A stretch of DNA of 64,000 bases from Squalus acanthias (taxonomy: Eukaryota), in the NCBI GenBank assembly GCA_030390025.1, contig CM059432.1, positions 113,524,001-113,588,000 on the forward strand, written 5' to 3'. This document shows positions 1 through 10,799 of this stretch, one piece after another (the first letter of the stretch is position 1; the number at the start of each line of letters is the position of its first letter). Made by a program: the position numbers and the translations under genes. Below the pieces are notes generated by a model. The model ran no database searches. It worked only from the letters and a program-made list of their open reading frames with translations, and was not told the origin of the DNA.

Positions 1-90
1 AAAGCTCCATACTCGAAACGTCAACTTGTCTGTTCTCTCCACAGATGCTGCCCGACTTGCTGAGTGTTTTCAGCACTTTCTGTTTTTGTT
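1..90 (+). mobile_element. Penelope-like element terminal fragment (partial hammerhead, cut by window edge)
   Basis: CGAAACGTCAAC...ACAGATGCTGCC..ACTTGCTGAG is homologous to the end of the element at 53160-53260. Confidence 0.6.
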
Positions 91-964
91 ACAGTTGTCC
101 AGCAGTTGCAGTATTTTGCTTTTTGTTCAAATTTACCTGTCTGTTATTCAGTCTGATGACTGAACAGATACTGCAGTGAATGAAGCATCATGATAGCATA
201 CTAAATAGCAGGAACGTAATTGAGTTGAAGTTCATAAACAGGCACGATTTGCGAATGATTACGATGCTATCTGAATCCTTAATTAAATACTTGCTTTTTA
301 ATACATTCCATAGTACATGTGATGGCACTTGGAGGTATTAGAAAGTGATTTCTCAAGATTTCCTGTGAGCATTGGTGCATTAGCTGTGACAATTCATTAT
401 TTTGTACCTTCTGGGATAATATTGCTCACTAGTAATGGCATTACAATTGCCTCTCACAATTTCCAGTCAATGTAATTTCAACCTGACTTTTAACTGTCCT
501 TTGACTATATCCTGCAAAATGTTTAACTTCTCATTGTCATTCAAAGACAATGCAGGATATCTCAGAATGACTGAAGATACCATCATAGAAAATAACTCCA
601 CAGCACACTATGAATGATACCATATAAATGAGCCACATCCCTTACTTGCAGCTATGGGCTAAGCCAGAGACACGTAGCCTTTTTAATGGCCACTCTGCAA
701 TTACCTTTGTACATGACTTCATTGAGCTGATGCCAATTTAGCAACAGAAGCAAAAAGGAGGCAGTATCTGTTGTGAAGTGAAAAACTGCTGCTACTCAGC
801 TGTCAGAGCCTATACTTTACATGAAAGGAATACTGGCAAGTTTGCAAGAAATCACAGTAAAAGAAGAGTTACTTCATAACAATAGCAGGTTGATCAAATA
901 TTATACTGGCAAATTGAGATTAGTAGGCTGATTGAAAAACTCACCGTGCATTCTCGTGCACCAT

Positions 965-1098
965 ACAATTTGCAGGGCTACGGGGAAAGGGCGGGGGAGT
1001 GGGACTAGCTGAAGTGCTCTTGCAGAGAGCTGGCACGGGCTCGACGGGCTGAATGGCCTCCTTCTGTGCTGTAACCATTCTATGATTCTATGATTCTA
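965..1098 (+). mobile_element. CR1 3' tail fragment
   Basis: GGGCTGAATGGCCTCCTTCTGTGCTGTAACC followed by (ATTCTATG)n. Confidence 0.75.
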
Positions 1099-2332
1099 CA
1101 ATCTGACAAGCCTTAATCCTCACGCGCTGGAAAGACGTACTTCTATTGTTAATTTGCATTGTCTGATTCTAGAGACCAGAATGCTGAAGGACGGAAATAA
1201 TTTAAGGATACTTTAGGTAAAAGAAAAGAAGAGCCTGATAATCAATCTCAGCATTCTTAGCTTTATTTCCTTTTTCAGATGCTCCCTCTATGACTATCCC
1301 AAATGAGCTGGTGAGGAGGGTGTAGGACATCTGTTCATGAGAACACAGATATGATGTTCCTGATTTGAAAGGAGAAGCTTAAATAACTTGGGGAAAGCTA
1401 TCATAATGCAGGAACACAGCTTAGTCACACCAATACAGCACAAAGAGATATGGAGCACAGGCGAGTAAATGGAATTGAGGTACAGATCAGCCATGATCTA
1501 ATTGATTGGCGGAACAAGATTGAGGAGCTGAATGGCCTACTCTTGTTCCTATGTTCCTATGTTCTAGCCCAGAAATTACAGTTGTACATATTAGTAGAGA
1601 AACACAATGCATTGTTATAGCATTCTTACATCTACTATTCTAACTCAGGCATTAATCTGCTTATTTTAAATGGAATAATATCTGTGCTGCAGTAGCAGAA
1701 TATCATACAAACATATTTAAATATAATTTCAAGGCGATTATTGGTAATCTTAGTCTTTGCCTGTAATTTTACATTTTGATAGCTTAGTGTTCACTGATCT
1801 TGTATGTCACAATTCACATTACGGGGTGATTCCTGATCGACTGCTCCCAGTGAAGTGTGGTTCATCTTGGAGACATTCCAGGCACACAGCTCATCCGTCC
1901 TGAGGGAAAAACAGCTGCTGCCTGCCAGCGATTTCCAAAGATGTGCTCCCTGTGAGTGCTGCTCTCCAGTGGGAGTGTTGGATTGTGGAATAGAATCATA
2001 GAATGATACAGCACAGAAGGAGGCCATTTGGCCCACCGTGCCTGTCCTGGCTCTTTGCTGGAATCACATAAATTCTAAATTATATTACGTAAATTCTGTA
2101 ACTTGTGCAAATCTCAATGATTGGTATTTTCGACACTGTCTTAAATAAATAATTTTAAACATTGAAAACAGAAATTGTAGTTTATTGTATTAGAACCATA
2201 ATGTATTTCACTTAACCAATATATCATGAGTAAAAAGTTATTGCTGTGTATCAGGGGCTTTTACCTTCTAATGATGTTTAAGTATTAAGCAAAAAAGAAG
2301 AATTGCTGGTATGGTAAGACACTGACATTATT

Positions 2333-5045
2333 ATAGAATCATAGAATGATAAAGCATAGAAGCAGGCCATTCAGCCCATCTTTGAAAGAGCTATCCAATT
2401 ATTACCATTCCCATGCCCTTCAGCCATATCTCTGCAAATTTTTCGCCTTTTAAGTATTTATCCAATTCCCTTTTGAAAGTTATTATTGAATCTTCTTCCA
2501 CCACCCTTTCAGACAGTACATTCCATATCATAACTCACTGCATTTCCTCCATTACAACAGTGACTACACTTCAAAAAGTACTTCATTGGCTGTAAAGCGC
2601 TTTGGGATGTCCGGTGGTCGTGGAAGGCGCTGTAGAAATGCAAGTCTTTCTTTTTTTTTCTTTCTTTGCATAAAGAAAATTCTCCTCATCTCGCCTCTGT
2701 TTCTTTTGCCAATTACCTTAAATCTGTGCCCTCTGGTTACCGACTCTTCTGCCACTAGAAACAGTTTCGCCTTATTTACGCTATCAAAATCCTTCATGAT
2801 TTTGAACGCCTCTATTAAATTTCCCCTTAACCTTCTCTGCTCTAAGGAGAACATTCACAGCTTCTCTAGTCTCTCCAGATAACTGAAGTCCCGCATCCCT
2901 GGTACCATTCTAGTAAATCTCCACTGCACCCTCTCTAAGGCCGCGATTTTATCAGTGGTGTCGGGATGGTGGCGATTTCCGGGTTCCAGTCACGATCCTG
3001 GCTGCAGCCGCACTGTCAAAGGGATTTTCCCTTGATTGGCCTTGTTAAGCCCGCCCTGCAGGCTTCCCGGCCAATTAACAGGAAGCGGGTCTGATGACGT
3101 CATCAGCCGGTTTCCTTAAAGGGACCACGGCCACATTGAGTTTGACAGTTGTTTTGTCAGTGTTTGACAGCATTGAGGTGCTGCAAACACTGACAAGCAC
3201 TGCACAAAGGTGGACACGTGCACCCAGGCTCTCCAACAACTCCCTCCATATGCTTATGGAGGGAGTCACAGCACGCAGGGAGCTTCTCTTCCCTTCCAAG
3301 GGTGGCAGAGACCTCCCCAGGACACCAACGCAGCCTGGTTGCACATTGCACAGGAGGGTAAAAGCAGAGATGTCGTCAGGGCTCCCTGGCTGCAGTGGCA
3401 CCAACCTTTTAATGATCTCAGTGAATCACGAAACGTTACTGCAAAGCCACACTCAAACTCACCCTGCTGTGCCACTCAACACATCCCCATCATTCTGCCT
3501 TCCATACCCTTCTCCTGCACATCCTTACTCACACCAACTTACCTTGCACCTCTACCTAACCCTCTCTATCTACTTTATCACTTCCCAATCTCACTAGCCA
3601 CCCCTCACACTCACCCTCATTCTACTGCAAGCATACCAACTAACAACACACAAGGGTGGGCACTTGAGAGGTTTAGCCAATGTCCATGTGAAGTTTCATA
3701 CAGTGAAATCTATTTTTCCAACACTGCCCCTTATTGGACAGATCTGAGTGCACCTTGAGAAGTGTGTTACTGAGTTCCAGTGAATGTTCAGTCATAACTC
3801 CCCCCCCCCCCCACCCCACTATAGTGATGAGTGTGCATGGAATGGCTTGGACATTAAAGGGATGCTTCACGGTGCTGGTGTGGGATGGTGTCACATCATG
3901 TGGTAGCCAGGGTTAACAGCGTCAAGTGAAGTAAATCTGGCCGTGGTGATGCCATCGCTGGCCTCTCGGGCAGCAATGTTGTCAGGGGCTGATGCCCTGT
4001 GTCCTGTGCAGCATCAGGTGATGGCGGAGAAGGTTGGTGATGTTGGTGTGCCTGGTGATGTTGGTGTTGGGGCTGATCGTGGAATGATTCAGAGGACCAA
4101 GGCCTGATTGTTTCATCGGCTCTGATGTTGCTGCAATAGATGGCAGCTGCAGGTGAGATGACAGAAGCGATCTGTCAATGGTGAGAGAGGTTCTCCCAAT
4201 GAGGTGGCATTGGACATACAGTTGCCTCTGAACACTTGCAAGCTAAAGAAATCTCTATATGTATTACAAATAAAGTAATTAACAGTTTCTGCGCTCTGAA
4301 ACTGACCATCTGCAAAACCATGTCTGCAGCTGTCAGCTTATCAGAAACATCAGAGCAGACTCCACTCACGCCAGGGTGAGCTGGTGTGTTCCCCGAGCAG
4401 CGGGTAACCCGTGCGGGAGAACGTAAAATTGGAAGGAAGCCTCAAAATAGCATTAAATTGGCTCTTAACAAGCCAATTAATTAACTCAATTGTATCCCAC
4501 GCTGCTTTGTGTCGGGTCAGTTCTCCGCTGACAGACCCAACACCTGGGAGACTCGTGTGGAGGCGGGTTGACAGCGGGTTTCCTACCCACTGTCAATCAT
4601 TGCTATTTTGACAGCGGACCCGCCTCCAAACCCACCCTGAGCGCCGGCAAAATTCAGGCCTAATGCCTTGACATCCTTCCTAAAGTGCGATGCCCAGAAT
4701 TGGACGCAATACTCTAGCTGGGGTCTAACCAGTGACTTATAAAGGTTTAGCATAACTTCCTTGCTTTTGAACTCTATGCCGCTGTTTATAAAGCCAAGGA
4801 TCCCATATGCTTTATTAAGAGCCTCCTCCACTTGTCCTGTCACCTTCAAAGATTTGTGTACATACACCCCTGGGTCTCTGTTCCTGCTTCCCCTTTAAAA
4901 TTGTACCCTTTAGTTTATATTGCCTCTCCTCATTCTTCCTACCAAAATACATTACTTCACATGTCTCTGTGTTAAACTGCATCTGCCATGTGTTTGCCCA
5001 TTTCACCAGTCTGTCTATGTCCTCCTGAAGTCTGATACTATCCTT
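2333..5045 (-). mobile_element. CR1 LINE 3' fragment interrupted by the Harbinger element and a SINE tail
   Basis: RT C-terminal motifs RPQLEYCVQFW, LEQRRLRGNLIEAFKIM and TRGHRFK, plus the CR1-type tail. Confidence 0.85.
2939..4660 (+). mobile_element. non-autonomous PIF/Harbinger-like DNA transposon derivative nested in CR1
   Basis: TAA duplicated at 2936-2938 and 4661-4663. Imperfect TIRs GGCCGCGATTTT / rc GGCCTGAATTTT. A frameshifted Myb/SANT-like remnant (APRLSNNSLHMLMEGV.ARRELLFP ... AAWLHIA ... W.QW...FNDL) lies at ~3220-3420. Confidence 0.75.
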
Positions 5046-6679
5046 CTTGTCAACATTGTCAAATAATGTTTGGGGGAAAAATAAGTTTATAAAAAAAAGT
5101 GTAAAACGTAATCCACATCCATAGTTTTTAATCTAAAATGACTGTAAAGTCTCACCAGCTCCCAGCAGAATGTTTAGACAAAGACACATGTAGGACAAAA
5201 TGAAACAATCTAAATGTGACATTCTCAATGAGTACACCAGGGGGTGTATAGCACTGTGATTGACAGTCATAGAGTTGAATTCGGTCTTACCATGATCCAA
5301 TCAAGGAATAATGAATAACAAAGTGTACCTATATCAGGGGTTTTACCATAGGACCAAAGTTCAGTGCTAAATCAGTCACTAGTGTTGTGAAAAAAATGAT
5401 GTATATTGTTCGCAATTCAATTTTGTCATCAGACTAATAGATCAGAAATAATATCATAGAAAATAATATAACTTTTTAATTTTTCTTTGTAAATGCTGCA
5501 CTTATGAAGTTGAAGGACACAGAGGAATGGGAAACTCATTATTTCATCAACCACTGTGAGCAGCAAGTACATTCAGGTCAAGTGTAGCAAGGTGAGATGC
5601 AGAGTAAACCTCTCTTTACTACGTTCGAACAATTTTCCTCAGTCCCAACTTCAGTTGAACACTCTTACTGCACCAATGTAATATTTTTCCATTTTCCACA
5701 GCAGCCTTCCTGTGGCTTCTGCAAGTGATTTAGTGCCAACAAGTGCCAAATTGGGGGCAGTTTTGTGTTGTAGAATGATGCTCACAAGGAGCTGTATTCA
5801 GGCTGCCCAAACTCTTCATTCTGGCCTGGATATGGACCCAGATACCAATTTCTTTGAAGTGGCACAGGAACAAGTAGGAATAATTAAAACAAAAAATAGC
5901 TACTGATATTGATTCTACAGTAATGCAATATGAAATAATGGATGATAGAGAATGAGTAATAGAGCTGTTATTTAATCTTGTCTGCCCTTGTTTATGACAT
6001 CATGCTGTCCTGAAAATTAAACCGCAGCCTTATTGTCAACTCCCTATAATAGTGTTATATGTGATATATACTGTTGTCTCAAATAGCCCTATAATCTTGT
6101 ATTCCAATTATAGAACAATTATTATAACCTATTGGAAATCGAGTTTCAGTATTATTTTGGTAATGATGACAGTGGTCTTTTATAGGTGGTTTTCAGCAAT
6201 ATCCCCTCTCAGTCTCCCACCGTACACAACATTACCCCGATCTGACCTCATCTCCTGCTGCCATCCAGGGTTAAGTCCATCCTAAACGAGACCACAACTT
6301 CCCTCTCTATCAGTTTAGGCATCCTCCACTACATTCATCACTGAGTCTCCTAGAACAGCAATCCGAACTGCCTTATCCACCTCTCCCAGCACAATTTTCC
6401 TGAGGTTAATTTCTCTAATCTCCTCTCTGTCCCTCTTTCCTCTTCCACTGTCCCCTTTCTGGTCCCTCTGCAGGTTTTCAACCACTGTCGCACTTCATAT
6501 TGCCCTCCAGGAAGTTTGTTACCTTGCAAGTAAGACCATCCACTACCCCATCTTGGATATGCTGCATCTGACAGGAACCTGGCTCACAAGTGGTGACTCT
6601 GATCTCAACAAAACTGCCCCACTCGCCTGCACTTTGCACCACCTCCCCTACCAGAACTGCAGTGGTGGCATGGTTCTCA

Positions 6680-7115
6680 TTTTTTTAATTTGTTCCTGGG
6701 ATGTGGGCGTTGCTGGCAAGGCCAGCATTTATTGCCCATCCCTAGTTGCCCTTGAGAAGGTGGTGGTGAGTTGCCTTCTTGAAGCGCTGCAGTCCATGTG
6801 GTGAAGGTACTCCCACAGTGCTGTTTCAGGAGGGAGTTCCAGGATTTTGACCCAGCGACGATGAAGGAACGGCGATATATTTCCAAGTCAGGATGGTGTG
6901 TGTCTTGGAGGGGAACTTGGAGCTGGTGGTGTTCCCGTGCACCTGCTGCCCTTGTCCTTCTAGGTGGTAGAGGTTGCGGGTTTGGAGGTGCTGTCACAGA
7001 AGCCTTGGTGAGTTGCTGCAGTGCATCTTGTAGATGGTACACACTGCAGCCACGGTGCGCCGGTGGTAGAGGGAGTGAATGTTTAAGGTGGTGGATGGGG
7101 TGCCAATCAAGCCAA
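6680..7115 (-). mobile_element. non-LTR retrotransposon 3' fragment (family shared with 38070, 42128, 50503)
   Basis: Near-identical to the 3' ends of the other copies (HSLHHRRTVAAVCTIYK...NSLP). Confidence 0.8.
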
Positions 7116-7419
7116 TGATTGCCAGGTCATCTAGGACTCTTCACTTACTCCTCTGTTTGTGCACCTTACCCTTCCCCCTCCTCACTACCAATGCAAAGTG
7201 TGAGGAGTTTATGGACATTTGCATCTCTAAAATTGAGACTATCCATGTTGCTGCCTCAGGTGCCAATCCCCCAGCCCATCCTTCACCCCAGCCCTTACCA
7301 CGCTGAGGTTTCTCGCATAATCTGCACCTCATCCCTGATTCCAACCCTCACCCTGCCTTCTCACTCTAGCTGAACAAGATGGTTCTCAATCTCAGTCTAT
7401 TGGACAGTGAACAGTTTCA

Positions 7420-8050
7420 AAATACTTACTGTATCCATCACTAACTGCTTATTACCACCTCTGCAACATTAACTACCTTTGCTGTTGAAATCTTTATCCA
7501 TGCTTTTGTTACTTTCAGACTTAACTTTTCCAGTGCCCTCCTTGCCATTCTCCTGAGCTCAACTCTACACAAGTCTCACTCATCCAAAACTCTGCTGCCC
7601 ATATCCTGTCCTGCCCTATATTGTGCTTATCTGTCATTCATATCTTTGCTGACCTCCATTGCATTCCCATCTCCAAAGCAAAGAGTTAAAAATCCTCATC
7701 CTAATTTACAAATCTCTCCATGGCCTTGCCCCATCTTCCCCTTGCAAACTCCTCCAGCCTTTCATGCCATTCCATGCTCTTCAATACTCAAATTCTGGCC
7801 TCTTATGTCTCGCCCCGTCCCTCTGCTCTGCTCCACCTTTGATGGCACAGCCCTCAGTGTTTCAACCCTACTCTCTGGAACTACCTCCTCCCCGACTCTC
7901 TTTACTTTGCAACCTCTCTCTCACCTTAAAGCTTTCTCAAACTCTATCTTTTCAATCATGCTTTCAGTCATCTTTTCTTACTCTTCTACTGCTTGACATC
8001 TGCTGTGTAGGGATGTACGATATTAAATGCACTATATAAATGCAAGTTTT
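7420..8050 (+). mobile_element. old L2 LINE 3' fragment
   Basis: KILILIYKSLHGLAP motif and an L2-type tail. Confidence 0.7.
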
Positions 8051-8139
8051 ATGATATTCAATCAATGTCATTTCAGCACTAATTTAATTGCTGTTAACAT
8101 TACTTTTGCTTTAGTGGTACTTTGTAGGATACATGTTCC

Positions 8140-8760
8140 AACAACAACTTACATTTATAAAGCGCCTTTAACATAGTAAAACATCCCAAGGCGCTTCACA
8201 GGAGCGTAAGCAGACAAAATTTGACACCAAGCCACGTAAGGAGATATTAAGACAGGTAACAAATAGCCTGATCAAAGAGGTACGTTTTAAGGAGCGTCTT
8301 AAATGAGGAAAGAGAGGTAGCGAGGCGGAGAGGTTTAGGGAGGGAATTCCAGAGCTCGGGGCCTAGACAGCTGAAGGCACAGCCCAAATTCTGGGGCATA
8401 GAAAATTGGGTTGCACAAGAGGCCAGAATTGGGGGAACGCAGCAGTTCTCGGAGGGTTGTAGGGCTGGAGGAGGTTACAGAGATAGGAAGGGGTGATGCC
8501 ATGGAGGGATTTGAACACAAGGATGAGAATTGTAAATTTGAGATGTTACTGGACCGAGAGCCAATGTTGGTCAGCGAGCACAGGGGTGATGGGTGAACGG
8601 GAATTGGTGCGAGTTAGGACGCGGGCAGCAAAGTTTTGGATGAGCTCAAGTTTACGGAGGGTGGAGAATGGGAGGCCGGCCAGGACAGTATTGGAATAGT
8701 CAAGTCTGGAGGTAACAAACGCATGGAAGCAGCAGAAGGGCTGAGGCAGGGGCGGTTTTT
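8140..8760 (-). mobile_element. L2 LINE 3' fragment
   Basis: Reverse-complement homology to the 14330-15000 copy. Confidence 0.85.
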
Positions 8761-9244
8761 GGCGTAACTATGAAGGTAGAAGTAGATGGTCTTGATGTTG
8801 GATTGTCCTATCTAAAATCCTTATCTGTTGGCAGTGCATATCCGGAAAACACACATGATGTTTTAGATGAGATGTTAAACCATGGCAGCATCTGTCCTCT
8901 CAGGTAAATGCAAAATATCCTTCAAAAAAGAGCAGGGGCGTTCCTCCAGTGTCTGTCCAATAATTATCCCTCAACACAACATTGCTAAAACAGGATTTTT
9001 ATTTATTCCATCAAGTTTCTGAACAACCCAGTACTTGGATTAATTGTAAAGTAAAACAAAATCTATTTTTTTTCATTTAAAAATTTTAACCAAAATTTGA
9101 AGATTCGAGATGCTGCATGCATATAACATTTTACCCTGACGTTACTTATGATGCATGACACTAAACAAACTAGAGTGGTGTTTTTTTATAAAGAAAATTG
9201 GTTTCACTTTGTCCATCTTTAAACCGTTCCCAACTCTATCATCT

Positions 9245-9443
9245 GGAGGGGGGGGGGGGGGTGGAGTGAGGGGGGTAGGGGAGGGGAGGGGAGTGAGGGG
9301 GCTAGGGGAGGGGAGTGAGGGGGGGGAGGGAAGGGGAGGAAGAGGGAAGTGGAGGGAGAGGTGGGGGTGGAGGGAGATAGGGGGAGGGGGGAGGAGGAGG
9401 AGGGAGATGGGGAGGGGGGATGGGGAGGGGAGGAGGTGTGGGG
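9245..9443 (+). repeat. G-rich polypurine low-complexity tract (continues 9944-9975 after the gap)
   Basis: Almost exclusively G/A, with many GGG runs. Confidence 0.95.
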
Positions 9444-9943
9444 NNNNNNNNNNNNNNNNNNNNNNNNNNNNNNNNNNNNNNNNNNNNNNNNNNNNNNNNN
9501 NNNNNNNNNNNNNNNNNNNNNNNNNNNNNNNNNNNNNNNNNNNNNNNNNNNNNNNNNNNNNNNNNNNNNNNNNNNNNNNNNNNNNNNNNNNNNNNNNNNN
9601 NNNNNNNNNNNNNNNNNNNNNNNNNNNNNNNNNNNNNNNNNNNNNNNNNNNNNNNNNNNNNNNNNNNNNNNNNNNNNNNNNNNNNNNNNNNNNNNNNNNN
9701 NNNNNNNNNNNNNNNNNNNNNNNNNNNNNNNNNNNNNNNNNNNNNNNNNNNNNNNNNNNNNNNNNNNNNNNNNNNNNNNNNNNNNNNNNNNNNNNNNNNN
9801 NNNNNNNNNNNNNNNNNNNNNNNNNNNNNNNNNNNNNNNNNNNNNNNNNNNNNNNNNNNNNNNNNNNNNNNNNNNNNNNNNNNNNNNNNNNNNNNNNNNN
9901 NNNNNNNNNNNNNNNNNNNNNNNNNNNNNNNNNNNNNNNNNNN
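9444..9943. other. assembly gap (500 N)
   Basis: Run of N flanked by G/purine-rich tracts. Confidence 1.
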
Positions 9944-9961
9944 GGGGGGGGGGGGGGGGGG

Positions 9962-10420
9962 GTTGAGGGGAGGGGCGCGGGGCTGCAGAGGCTCCGCCCC
10001 CACTGTCTGCTACCCTGTGACCCCGGGCCGCGCTGTCGGCGGGCGGAGCGAGCGTTGAGCGGCTGGGTGAGGGAGCGCGGACCGGGGCCCCGAGTGGAGC
10101 GGACTGCACTGTGTTGCGCTGCGGAACAGACTGCGCTGAGGGAAGCCGGGGCCGGTTCTAGGACTCTGGTCGAGCACCGCTTTGCGGTAGAGGCCGGGCC
10201 CTCTGTGCCGGAGCGGCCTGTCGTGGCACCGCTGCCCCGTGTGATGCGAGGAGCCGCCGGCCGCCGCTCGCCTGCCGGCTGGGAGTTGTTGTGAAGCCCG
10301 CTCTCTCTCTGGCTATGGCCGTGTCCCGCTCCGCCTCTCGCCGCTGCTCCTCCAGCAGCCGGTCTCCATGGACTGGGACACCGGCCCTCATCCTCATCCT
10401 CCTGCCCTTCACCGGTGAGT
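9962..10420 (+). promoter_or_regulatory. CpG-rich promoter / 5' UTR of LRP12
   Basis: High GC and CpG density. GC-box-like GGGGCGCGGGG and CCGCCCC lie immediately upstream of exon 1. Confidence 0.7.
10315..10414 (+). CDS. LRP12: LRP12 exon 1 (start codon, signal peptide)
   Basis: ATG at 10315 gives MAVSRSASRRCSSSSRSPWTGTPALILILLPFTG, a basic N-terminus plus a hydrophobic core. It ends at a phase-1 donor G|GTGAGT within a CpG-rich region and joins the next exon in frame. Confidence 0.8.
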
Positions 10421-10634
10421 ACTCCACTTCTCAGCCGAATGCATCGCATCCCAGACAGACAGACATCATCACTCTCTGTCTTTTTCCACTCCGGGCTCGA
10501 AGTGGATAGGGTACAAATGCTGTATTTTGGTTATTGTTAACAGCTGCTAAGTCTGTTGTCTCTTTTGTTTGGCTTTATTCTATTGTGTATTAATGTAATC
10601 TGTGTGGGACCTCTTAACACACACACACTCATGT

Positions 10635-10799
10635 ACACGCGTGAGCACGTATGAGTCTGACACGCGTGAGCACGTATGAGTCTGACACGCGTGAGCACGT
10701 ATGAGTCTGACACGCGTGAGCACGTATGAGTCTGACACGCGTGAGCACGTATGAGTCTGACACGCGTGAGCACGTATGAGTCTGACACGCGTGAGCACG
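10635..10799 (+). repeat. 25-bp tandem repeat (ACACGCGTGAGCACGTATGAGTCTG) x ~6.6
   Basis: Identical units start at 10635, 10660, 10685, 10710, 10735 and 10760, with a partial unit at 10785. Confidence 0.97.

Noticed and set aside
9142..10449. Several long ORFs spanning the N gap
   Set aside because: Artefacts of the Ns and low-complexity G/C tracts.
10635..10799. CRISPR-like repeat array
   Set aside because: The units are contiguous with no unique spacers, there are no cas genes, and the context is vertebrate.
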